Counted from the stretch's first letter, positions 11,501 to 19,331 are shown. The stretch is DNA of 64,000 bases from a bacterium (GCA_036504735.1 DASXUQ010000009.1:103204-167203), one strand, 5' to 3'. The notes: generated by a model from the sequence alone, not told the origin. Program-made: numbers and translations.

Positions 11501-12596
11501 CTTCATCACTGAGCAGGGAGGGGCCAACGAACGTGACGTTGTTCATCAGCAGGGGGATGCCGTTTTGGTACTCCACGTGTACGCTGCCGTTCACCCACCG
11601 GAAGATGCTGGTCAGACCATTCTGATAAAACATCTGTGCATGGTCCGGTGCATTCGGATCTTCATCCGTAACAGGAGCGCCGAAGTTTATCCAGCCATGA
11701 TGGTTGATCCAGTGATCCCAGAACCCCTCTTTCAAGAGGCAGACATTCCAATCCCCGACCTTGCGAATCAGTGCGGAGTACGGCAGGGTGAAATTGTTGT
11801 TGCAGCCTGAGAAGTCCTGCATGTACATGCCGTTCTGTTCATGCACGAAACGGCCCCCGGGACCATTATTCCAGGGAAAACCTAAATTATGGCTCGGATT
11901 GGCTGATTGCAATGCCTGATACTTGCTCAAAAAAGCCTGAGATATTCCATCGTTATGCCAGCCGTCCGAAAACTGCCCGACCGGGTTGGCCGCTTCGTAA
12001 TGCGTGTTCGCCGCCGGATGGTCTCGTATGAAATCCGAAGGGTCCCACCAATCGCTCAAGACACAATCGTTGGGGGAGTAACCCTCCCAAGCCCATCCAC
12101 CGTCACAGGGCATGTGATTAGCATGATCGTAGGAATCTCGATGGATACCGAAGTGAAAATGTGGATCATAGCCGCCGTTATGCTCTCGATCCGCAACATA
12201 GCCGATTACGTCTCCGCGACGGACTTGGTTAAATGGAGCGGTGGTTTTGACTTCCAAGGCAGGAGCACACAGGTGGGCATAGAGCGACACCACATGTTCC
12301 CCGGATGAAAGCAGGTGCTCGATCAAGACAATGCTGCCGTAACTATGTCCGGATTCCGCCATGCGAACGATGCCGTCAGCACACGCGTACACAGGACTTC
12401 TCACGGATAAAGCATAGTCTTCGGCCAAATGGTATTCACCGGGCGTGAGGCACTCCCCGAACCTGCCAAACTCGCACATCTGACGAGGATTACCCGTATA
12501 CGGGCTCTGAAATCCGTCTGCCACCGGAACCGTCTGTGACCAGGCACCGCTGCGGGCGGCAAGCAGGAGCATGAAAATCAGGAAGCATCGCGTCAT
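8598..12596 (-). CDS. Secreted M23 peptidase-PKD-beta-propeller repeat protein
   Basis: 1332 aa with a signal peptide (MTRCFLIFMLLLAARSGAWSQ). M23 motifs (HLAEDY..., HFHFGIH). A PKD domain (WEWYFGDGSSS...HTY). Multiple YGG..D..GY beta-propeller-type repeats. Confidence 0.6.
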   Translation of the reverse strand: MTRCFLIFMLLLAARSGAWSQTVPVADGFQSPYTGNPRQMCEFGRFGECLTPGEYHLAEDYALSVRSPVYACADGIVRMAESGHSYGSIVLIEHLLSSGEHVVSLYAHLCAPALEVKTTAPFNQVRRGDVIGYVADREHNGGYDPHFHFGIHRDSYDHANHMPCDGGWAWEGYSPNDCVLSDWWDPSDFIRDHPAANTHYEAANPVGQFSDGWHNDGISQAFLSKYQALQSANPSHNLGFPWNNGPGGRFVHEQNGMYMQDFSGCNNNFTLPYSALIRKVGDWNVCLLKEGFWDHWINHHGWINFGAPVTDEDPNAPDHAQMFYQNGLTSIFRWVNGSVHVEYQNGIPLLMNNVTFVGPSLLSDEDGVYCSGVPVTGFGTPVELVNGSIYSGFYAVINGAQVTIPTFTVTGDMTIDVGAPAPQADFSANPTSGSLPLNVQFTDLSTGSPISWEWYFGDGSSSMAQNPSHTYTVAGYYTVTLVAHNVAGWDQEQKEHLIAVNQPGVHVTGPTMSQVGACGGLAVQWTTTGYMESMRIELNRSYPEGQWETLAYNAPNNGFFAWLVTGPPTQRARFKVTSNYDPTIWDVSDADLTIIAPAVISPNGGEVLVARNGTYHVTWDPAWESSTPVRIELNRSYPDGQWEPIELQTPNDGETWWYVTGPATSHARIRIIGGEGSCINDWSDSDFTILAPELELTSPAPGDTVMAAIPYDVAWTTHNLPGDVRITLNYFSNFGGGGTQVLQECTPNDGSEPCIIRIPWGYEIPLTASASIEIRSLYYPGIYTVSDSDFYFTTPAISIEQPWTNTVWNAGQVHSVTWSSWYADCPVMIELNRSYPGGPWEVLTPAAPNTGNFAWVVTPPVSNHARVRISTTSYPLLTDTTDGDFTITDIQPPGVLWTRTFGSSNYDAAQSADETADNGYVVAGRSTLPGNSDEDMWLIRLNSAGDTLWSRRYNGPPYSEAAFAVQQTTDGGFILIGYWGGSRPYFVKTNAAGDMMWNRVMRGPCGVAWAGIQTDDGGYLGAGQSQSGDAELVRVSAAGDSLWSRFYGGGGMDVANAVLQTIGGDYVFAGTTGSFGAGAEDMYVVKTSGAGDVLWTRTYGGASYDRAYGITETHDGGYVIVGETFSFGDMWKMFVVRTNSDGDTLWMRSYPPPMFRRGNSVKQLFDGSFLVGGNGLNGDMILAKLDQNGDTLWVRTYGGPSDEGLNAVLQTRDGDFLLTGYTQSYGAGYYDYYVLKIAADSPCSDWTPASPPITATIAGDGLTLHWDPVVRSIGDCPEVIQQYEVLGSSSIDGPYLLLGRVPGTQTGFAESLQAVPENLRFYRVKAVVSGSH

Positions 12597-12995
12597 TGAA
12601 TTGGGCCTCTGTGTTACGCCAAATGCACATTATACGAGCGTACTGAGGGGAGCAGCATCAGACCGGAGTGCCAAAGCTCTTTACGTAGCCGTATTGCGGA
12701 CCACAACCAAAAGGACTGCGCGTTCGCAAACAAATAAGCGAGCCCTGCCACTGAATAGCGGAAGACTCGCTCGTCTGAAGGTGCTTGTCGGGATGAATCC
12801 TCGGTAAACCGGCATCTAATACATTCTAAGGTACTACTTCTTCAGCATGTTGTCAAGGTTTTCTATGGTCTGCAGCACTTCTGTTTGCATTCAGTATCTG
12901 CGGAAGCTTTTCTCTTCATAGGTTCTTGTCACTCGCAACTGCGCTTCCAAATCTCCTGTGCAGTAGACGACGAGTACTTTTCGCACGTCCGACTT

Positions 12996-13125
12996 GCCTT
13001 TCACAATCTCCGCAAGCAGTAAAAACAAGTACATAGAAAAGGCTCTCTCGAGATTGAGAAAGCCCCTGTGCCCACAACGTGCCACAACGCAGTCACAACG
13101 CGTCACACTTTTGTCGTGTAACATC
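12996..13125 (-). promoter_or_regulatory. Repeat element A: four phased GTTGTGRC units overlapping a sigma54-like -24/-12 core (rc TGGCACGTTGTGGGCA at 13069-13084) plus a conserved hairpin
   Basis: About 125 nt, roughly 80% identical to 16174-16295. On the minus strand it points into the 1332-aa gene (ATG at 12596, roughly 470 nt downstream). Confidence 0.45.
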
Positions 13126-13295
13126 TATATTATTGGCTGTTTGCAATCAATATTTCTTGTTCTACTCTGTAATCCAACAAATAATCTGTTTTTGTCTCTT
13201 TGACCTAAATCCAATACTTACAGATCCATGCGACATTCTCGCTACGGGTCAAGATGATTCTGTAAGTCTATATTTTGTGATGCCGAGTCCTCTCG

Positions 13296-13366
13296 ATTTG
13301 GCACATTCATGGCACAGGAAACGCTATCACATTCTGTCACAAAATACAGGCCCCCATCGCTGAACA
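13296..13366 (+). repeat. Intergenic repeat element C2 (copy of C1; TGGCACATTCATGGCA at 13299-13314)
   Basis: Alignable to 1581-1652: TTTGGCAC..GGCACAGGAAACGCT.TCACA...GTCACAA..CAGGC.CCCCATCGCTGA. Confidence 0.6.
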
Positions 13367-13517
13367 GCTTGTCCATAACCGCCCAACTTGTTATCACTTG
13401 CACATGGGGTTGGCTTCAATACCCTTGTGTCGCGGTCTGCTCGGGAACTGATTGGATGGCTTCAGACAAGAGAACTGTTACTCCTTCTTGCGAGCGCCAA
13501 AAGGATCCCAAATCGGA

Positions 13518-14081
13518 TTACCCATTCGATCCTCCTGATTCTTGCTGGGAATCCAACTTGTCACGGAAAAGGACTTCGCCGACAACGCGGAAGTATATTG
13601 TTCCGTTTTCTAAGTCACCACGTACTCCGACAGGGAACATTTCCGAGGCCCATAGCCGCACGTCTTCACCGAACGCTTTGTCTATGAATTTGCCACGGAA
13701 TGCTGCGTCATCGTCCTCGCACAGCCCTTCCATCATTTCAGAAAGCTTCAGCCCAACGACGACATCGAACTCATCACCATTCATGTATGGTGCGCGCTTT
13801 TCCGGTGAGTCCAAAGGCTGGGTGACAGGTCCGTGATAACTACGAAGCAAATCCTCCCGAAGGTGTTTGGTTTTGCTGGCAACGGACTGAGTGTTTTCCC
13901 GGATCTCATCAAATTCAACGAGTTCAGATTCAACATCGTTCATCAGTTTATGGGTTGCTTCAACGCCGGTTGTGCCAAGTAACACCAAATCTTTGGCATC
14001 TTCCAAGCTTTTCGCTTCGATGCCTTGATAAGTCGTTTCAACGCGGTAGGTTTCGATGGCTACAATGTCGTACTTGGGCAT
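13518..14081 (-). CDS. Hypothetical acidic protein, possible third gene of the AbiE-like module
   Basis: 187 aa ORF immediately downstream of the AbiEii-like gene, same strand. No recognisable motifs. Confidence 0.35.
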   Translation of the reverse strand: MPKYDIVAIETYRVETTYQGIEAKSLEDAKDLVLLGTTGVEATHKLMNDVESELVEFDEIRENTQSVASKTKHLREDLLRSYHGPVTQPLDSPEKRAPYMNGDEFDVVVGLKLSEMMEGLCEDDDAAFRGKFIDKAFGEDVRLWASEMFPVGVRGDLENGTIYFRVVGEVLFRDKLDSQQESGGSNG

Positions 14082-14177
14082 AGAGATTTTCCCGTTCGGT
14101 TCGTGTGTGCACTGATGATCGCAAGGGCTCTTTTCGTGCTAAGCATCGTGGATAATCGCTTAAACTTTCCTTGGCAT

Positions 14178-15035
14178 TTACCGCATGCCGGCCAGCAGCT
14201 CGCGAATTAATAGCAGGGCCTTCGCCAGACTATCCTCGCTGCCGAGTAGTAGTTGCTCACGGGCCATGTTCATAGCAAGCAGCATCGATCCGTCCGTGCG
14301 GGCTTCTTCAATCAGAATCCTCTCGAGTATTGTGCGAGTTGAGGTGCTCGCAAGGCTTGCAATATGTCTTCCCAGAAGCCGAGCACTGGCTTCTTCGAAT
14401 GGCCTCTCTTCGGACCAGATATCGGAGTCATCACCACGTGGATGGATTTCGGGAACATTCAAGTACTCACGCATGAGAAACAGCAAGTCCACCGCATCCT
14501 TTTCACCCCCACGCGTTTTCCGGTCCGCCCAACTGATCAGCTTCAGAATAGCCATTCCCACTGGTGAACAAACCTTGATGTCCAAGCTGGGATCGGATCG
14601 AACACGAAGGGTTACGGCGTTATCCATGGCTTCACGCATACCTACCGCCTGCATAACGAAGCCTCCATCCGGCGGCCAAGCAATGGCGCCTTTGGCGTCT
14701 TCAATGCCACCGAAAGGGATCAGGTCAACAACGGTTCCTGGGTGATGAAAGAAACGCTGGCGCTGCTTCGTGTCCTTCGTGAATTTCTTTCCGACAACCA
14801 AGGCTGACGCCATGGCCTCATAGTTCACCCAAGCCGCAACTTGCACTGAGAAGTCCACGTCTACCGTCTTCCGTCCGGTATGAATGTTGAACACGGACTG
14901 GAAGATTGCATCCCTCGCGGCGGCTCCTACCAGCATGTACTCGATGCTCAGAGGCCGAAGCACGGCGTCAAGATCCGCGATCAATCCTGCAGTTGCGGGG
15001 TCAATGGTCGCGGAGATGTCTTTCCAGATGCTCAT
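14178..15035 (-). CDS. abiEii: AbiEii/DUF1814-like nucleotidyltransferase (putative type IV TA toxin)
   Basis: 285 aa. Polbeta-type NTase motif (LVGAAARD...RKTVDVDFSV, i.e. G[GA]..R...D.DF). Overlaps the upstream HTH gene by about 35 nt, as in AbiE pairs. Confidence 0.5.
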   Translation of the reverse strand: MSIWKDISATIDPATAGLIADLDAVLRPLSIEYMLVGAAARDAIFQSVFNIHTGRKTVDVDFSVQVAAWVNYEAMASALVVGKKFTKDTKQRQRFFHHPGTVVDLIPFGGIEDAKGAIAWPPDGGFVMQAVGMREAMDNAVTLRVRSDPSLDIKVCSPVGMAILKLISWADRKTRGGEKDAVDLLFLMREYLNVPEIHPRGDDSDIWSEERPFEEASARLLGRHIASLASTSTRTILERILIEEARTDGSMLLAMNMAREQLLLGSEDSLAKALLLIRELLAGMR

Positions 15036-16095
15036 CGTAGATCAGCTTGGCGGTTTCGACATTGCGGGGATCTGGATGCGCCATCAAATCGGCGTAGATG
15101 AGCAGCGGCGGGACAATGCCGGGCACTGCGGTCTCATAGGGAAAGTCCCAGAAGAGTTCGCGTAGTTCAACATCCCCTTCAGGATGGGCCACCAGTTTGT
15201 ATTCGATCACCAGTTCTTTTACGGGACGGCGCAGATAAATGGTTGTGATGGCAGGCTTCAAGTAGCTGGTGAGTTTTGCTGCAGCGGTCTCGCCTCCCCA
15301 CAAAGCGTTGTGATGTGGCACATCGAGATTCGCCCAATCTATCGCTTTGCCGGCCCGGTATGTCCCTATCAGTTGTTTTGGCCGCAGCTGCTCCGCGTAG
15401 GCGATGATCCAGCGTTCGAAGAGCTGTGCCGTGTTGAGTAACCGGCGGCCTTGGGTCCCTGTATCTGCCAGGAAAGCTTGGCGCTGTAGTCCCTTCAACA
15501 CACGGCTGATCGTTTCCAAGCCGACATCCGCAGCCCGTGCGATCTCGCGATAGGCCGCATTCACAAGATCTGGGTTGCAGAGTAGGGTATAGATGACCTT
15601 GGTTCCTGCCGGAGTGAAAATTCCCTTCTGTGCTTTGCCAGCGTTTGCTCGCAGAGGCTTGTTCCCGTGAAGAAACAGGTAAGCTCCCGGTGCATTCAAG
15701 AAAGCATTGCCAGCGGTGTCGAGGAATTGAATGCCCAGATCACGCAGCTTCGTCGCCTGAGGTGGCGGCACATGCCGCGCAATCAACAGCGCCTGGTGCT
15801 GGACTCTACGGAATTGCTGCGTCACGCGGCCAATAACTACGTCGTTGACGTTAGGCTTCACTTCCACCCAGTAAGTCTGCAACTGGCCATTCCACTCCAG
15901 CCCCAGTTCCGCGTCGAAATCTTGATCTTTGTCTTTTCGCTCGTGGAGGGCATGCCTTATCCTTAGCCGCGCATGCACGCGCAGCGCCTCAACGGCTTCC
16001 TCGATCAAGTCCATATGCTGGGTTGCGCGATCCATGACCTGCCTGTTCGAACCTCGCGTGTTTGTAGTTATCGAACATACGAAATAATCGAACAA
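15001..16095 (-). CDS. abiEi: AbiEi-like transcriptional regulator/antitoxin (wHTH N-terminus + C-terminal domain)
   Basis: 364 aa. wHTH-like segment (AAYREIARAADVGLETISRVLKGL). Lies upstream of and overlaps the NTase gene. The assignment is based on architecture. Confidence 0.4.
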   Translation of the reverse strand: MFDYFVCSITTNTRGSNRQVMDRATQHMDLIEEAVEALRVHARLRIRHALHERKDKDQDFDAELGLEWNGQLQTYWVEVKPNVNDVVIGRVTQQFRRVQHQALLIARHVPPPQATKLRDLGIQFLDTAGNAFLNAPGAYLFLHGNKPLRANAGKAQKGIFTPAGTKVIYTLLCNPDLVNAAYREIARAADVGLETISRVLKGLQRQAFLADTGTQGRRLLNTAQLFERWIIAYAEQLRPKQLIGTYRAGKAIDWANLDVPHHNALWGGETAAAKLTSYLKPAITTIYLRRPVKELVIEYKLVAHPEGDVELRELFWDFPYETAVPGIVPPLLIYADLMAHPDPRNVETAKLIYDEHLERHLRDH

Positions 16096-16173
16096 GAGTC
16101 AAGCCTTGACCAATGTACAACCCGTAAGGCTCTTCTTGAGGTAGGACGCGGGCATTTTTGTTTCGTCCTACGC

Positions 16174-16295
16174 ACCTTTCACAAACTCCGCAAGCAGTAA
16201 AATCAAAGACATAAAGAAGGCTTTCCTGACATTGAGAAAGCACGTGTGCCCAAAACGTGCCACAACTCGGTCACAACATATCACACTTTACGCTT
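16174..16295 (-). promoter_or_regulatory. Repeat element B: copy of element A with sigma54-like core (rc TGGCACGTTTTGGGCA at 16247-16262), about 155 nt upstream of the abiEi-like start
   Basis: Four phased units (GTGCCCAAAAC GTGCCACAAC TCGGTCACAAC ATATCACAC) and a GCTTTC..GAAAGC hairpin. Preceded by the GTAGGACG...CGTCCTAC inverted repeat (16141-16171). Confidence 0.45.
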
Positions 16296-16665
16296 GTATA
16301 GTCTATAGACATAACAAATTACGAACGTCTGTCATCATTTTACTCTGGAATCGAACTTGAGTCCTTACCCTTTGTGAATCACTCTAACATCAATAGGAAC
16401 AATACCTGTAAGTATTACCCAGTTTACCCATTCTTCATAGCTAAGTTCAGTATTTTGCTCGCGGATTTTGGGGTGTTTAGGACAGAATTAGGCCACCTTT
16501 TTGGATGTCACATGGATCACAAAGTCGTTGTTTGCGGGGTTCTTGGAAGGAGATTCGGGCAGTACTTTCACAGGCAGTCGTGGCAGACTTGGCCCATATG
16601 TCGATGGCCAGCAAGGCTCGATTGATGGTCATGAAGTCGACGTTATCTTGACAGGTTCGAGCCGG

Positions 16666-17331
16666 TCATTCCTGACCCAGTCGGTCAAGCTCATTTGATG
16701 TGCCGATCAGAAAGATCTTCGCTTCGCTTTGCAAGGATGTGAGGAAGTGGTTACCACCTTTTAGGCGGGCTCGGTATTCATCCGCAGGGTACACAATCGG
16801 ATTGAGCTCACGGTTCAGCGAGTCTTGGACGCTGTTCAGTACACCCACCAAATCACGCATGCTAATGTCACCAATGATCAGCACGTCCACGTCACTCTTG
16901 ACGTTCTCACCGCCGCGAGCAAACGATCCGAAGATAAAGGCGACTTGAATCTGATCCCCAAAAGTCTTCAGCGCATCGCGCAGTGCGATGGACACGCCCA
17001 TTGTTTTAGCCACCAGAGATCTTAGCTCTGTGAAAATCGGGCAGTCTTTGTTCGCCCGATACACCGGCTGTAGATCCCGCAGTTCTCGCAGAATGATTCC
17101 AGCTTCAGTCAGTCGCTGAAGTTCTCTTTGAATGGTCCCTTGTCCGATCCCCACCTTGCGAACGATTCCCCGGAAATGATATGAAGTGTCGGGATTCGTG
17201 AACAACAAGCCGAGGACTGCCTGCTGTGTTTTCGTGAAAAGCGCATCCGAAAGCTGGCTATAAAAGATAGTTGAACCCATATAGGGTGCCAATATACCCA
17301 CTTTGGGTGCTAAGATCAAGCAATCGGGCAA
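16666..17331 (-). CDS. wHTH-fused minimal nucleotidyltransferase (MNT-like), no HEPN partner detected
   Basis: 221 aa. N-terminal wHTH. C-terminal Polbeta NTase motif (FGSFARGGENVKSDVDVLIIGD). No ORF of at least 60 aa downstream on the same strand. Confidence 0.6.
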   Translation of the reverse strand: MPDCLILAPKVGILAPYMGSTIFYSQLSDALFTKTQQAVLGLLFTNPDTSYHFRGIVRKVGIGQGTIQRELQRLTEAGIILRELRDLQPVYRANKDCPIFTELRSLVAKTMGVSIALRDALKTFGDQIQVAFIFGSFARGGENVKSDVDVLIIGDISMRDLVGVLNSVQDSLNRELNPIVYPADEYRARLKGGNHFLTSLQSEAKIFLIGTSNELDRLGQE

Positions 17332-17517
17332 ATATCAACGCACGCTCCTGACTTAACTTTATAATTCACATAATATTGTAGCATTTTGGGAGAGATGGTT
17401 GTGGTTACCGTTAACCGGATTGTCGGCTGACCTACGGATCAGGATTCCAACGCGACGCGCATTGAAATCAACTTCGAGGCACAACTTACGCTTGACTTTG
17501 CGGGTCTTGTTTCGTAA

Positions 17518-17542
17518 CTTATTAACCACTTTGGTTAATAAG
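17518..17542. promoter_or_regulatory. Perfect 11-bp inverted repeat CTTATTAACCA-ctt-TGGTTAATAAG, candidate HigA operator
   Basis: Palindrome about 10 nt upstream of the higB start. Typical position for TA autoregulation. Confidence 0.45.
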
Positions 17543-17552
17543 TGCATTCAAG

Positions 17553-17891
17553 TTGAATATTCAGTTTGCCGATAAGAAGATGCTGAAGAGTTGCTCCGAT
17601 CCCCTATTAGCCTCGAAGGCATGGGGTCAACGAGGAGCCAAGATTCGTCAGCGCCTGGACGAATTCCGTGCTGCGGTTTCGCTCAAAGACATCGCGATGC
17701 TGCCAGCGGCACGCTTACACCCCTTGAAGGGAAACCGGTCCGGGCAGTTCGCCGTTGACATCATACACCCCTTTCGACTGGTGTTCGAGCCGGTTGGAAG
17801 TCCGAATGATCTCAACGACGTGCGCGGCAACTTGGACCTGAAAAAGGTAAAGACGATTCGCATTCTGGAGGTAGTTGATTATCATGATTGA
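17553..17891 (+). CDS. higB: HigB-family toxin (plasmid maintenance system killer protein, RelE/ParE superfamily)
   Basis: 112 aa. IQFADKKMLK...LKGNRSGQFAVDI..FRLVFEP..VVDYHD resembles COG3549 HigB. TTG start in the track; an alternative ATG lies at 17580. Confidence 0.75.
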   Translation: MNIQFADKKMLKSCSDPLLASKAWGQRGAKIRQRLDEFRAAVSLKDIAMLPAARLHPLKGNRSGQFAVDIIHPFRLVFEPVGSPNDLNDVRGNLDLKKVKTIRILEVVDYHD

Positions 17892-19005
17892 TCATAGCCT
17901 GAACCAATACCATCCCATCGAAGTCACGTTGCCCGGCGCCACGCTCTTGGAGACTATCGAATCATTGGGAATTCCTCAAGTTGAAGTAGCGCGTCGAACG
18001 GGGTTCACGCCGAAGCATATTAATAGTATCATCAGCGGCAAAGCCAGTATCACTCCCGAGACAGCACTGCGCTTGGAACGTGTCCTTGGAGTTTCGAGCC
18101 ATTTCTGGCTGAACCTTGAGCAGAATTATCAAGCATCTGTTGAACGACAGCGTGAACGTGAAATGATCGAACAGCGTATAGTGACCTACACGAAATGGGT
18201 GGCGCAGTTCCCGATTGCCGCCATGATCCGGCTTGAATGGCTGCCCAAGACCTCTGATCAGATTGACCGAGTGCGTTCATTGCTGGACTTCTTCGGCATT
18301 GCATCCGAAGAGCAGTGGTCGTGGGACAGGGTTCTTGGTACCAATACGGCGTTTCGACAGTCGCAGGCATTGAAGGCAGACAAAGGATCTGTAGCTGCCT
18401 GGGCGTGGAAAGGTTACTCTGAGGCACAACGCCTGGTATGCAGTCAGTTTAGTGCGACCAAGTTCAAAGCTGCGTTGAACGAGGCGCGCAATTTGTCTCG
18501 CAACCCATTGTCCGAATCATGGCCTGTTTTAAGAGCTCTCTGCGCTGACGCCGGTGTTGCGCTGCTAACAGTTCCAAGTCTGCCTGGACTTCACATGTAT
18601 GGGGCTGCGCGCTGGGTGAATCCTCAACGAGCGATGATCCAGTTAAGCTTCCGTGGCAAGACCAATGACCAGTTCTGGTTCAGCTTCTATCATGAAGCAG
18701 GACACATTCTTCTTCACGGCAAGACAGAGACCTTTATTGATTCTGTAGGTGCACAGGAACATACCAAGGAAGAGAACGAAGCCAACGCGTTCGCTAGTGA
18801 TGCTTTGATACCACGGGATCAGTGGAAAAGCTTCTTGGCCAGCAACGCTTCTTTCACCGGCAAGTCTATCAACAGCTTCTCAGTGAAACTTGGCATCGCT
18901 CCCGGCATCGTTGTAGGTCGGCTGCAAAAGGAGAAATTACTTCGCTACGATCAATTCAATGGCTTGAAGCAGCACGTAGATCTCTTCGATCTTACAACAC
19001 ACTGA
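17884..19005 (+). CDS. higA: HigA-like XRE-family HTH antitoxin fused to ImmA/IrrE (COG2856) zinc metallopeptidase domain
   Basis: N-terminal HTH (VARRTGFTPKHINSIISGK). C-terminal HEAGHILLH HEXXH motif. The ATG at 17884 overlaps the higB stop (ATGATTGA). Confidence 0.7.
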   Translation: MIDHSLNQYHPIEVTLPGATLLETIESLGIPQVEVARRTGFTPKHINSIISGKASITPETALRLERVLGVSSHFWLNLEQNYQASVERQREREMIEQRIVTYTKWVAQFPIAAMIRLEWLPKTSDQIDRVRSLLDFFGIASEEQWSWDRVLGTNTAFRQSQALKADKGSVAAWAWKGYSEAQRLVCSQFSATKFKAALNEARNLSRNPLSESWPVLRALCADAGVALLTVPSLPGLHMYGAARWVNPQRAMIQLSFRGKTNDQFWFSFYHEAGHILLHGKTETFIDSVGAQEHTKEENEANAFASDALIPRDQWKSFLASNASFTGKSINSFSVKLGIAPGIVVGRLQKEKLLRYDQFNGLKQHVDLFDLTTH

Positions 19006-19030
19006 TTTCTACAATCCAATAAATGAGTAA

Positions 19031-19056
19031 AGCCGGTAGCGATACCGGCTTTTCCA
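19031..19056. terminator. Rho-independent terminator hairpin (AGCCGGTA-gcga-TACCGGCT + TTT), bidirectional between convergent genes
   Basis: 8-bp perfect stem with a GNRA loop followed by a T-run, immediately after the higA stop. Confidence 0.6.
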
Positions 19057-19331
19057 TTAACTCCACACAATGGACCATTCCCCTGGCGCTGGATAGACCG
19101 ACATTACGTACGCCCTCCAGCTATCCGGTAATGCAACTGGGTCAACTGTCCCGTGCTGACGACGAACAAGATGCCGAATCAAAGCTAGATCCAGTGTGTT
19201 CAAGAGTAGTACTTGCGCGAAGAGGAGAAGATTCTACATTTGCAAATCCACTTCTCCATCATAATCGCTACCATTGCTACCAGGTCATGTGTGTCACATT
19301 CGCAGTTAGACAACACTTTTTAGCAAGTTCG

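Noticed and set aside
1984-12308. Numerous 60-280-aa ORFs on both strands inside the two giant peptidase genes (for example 6993-7700, 9696-10544, 11907-12308)
   Set aside because: They are embedded in the long, motif-supported 2269-aa and 1332-aa reading frames. They are typical GC-rich antisense or alternative-frame artefacts.
13309-13836. 175-aa plus-strand ORF downstream of repeat element C2
   Set aside because: Low-complexity Ser/Pro/Thr-rich translation overlapping the minus-strand gene 13518-14081. No start context.
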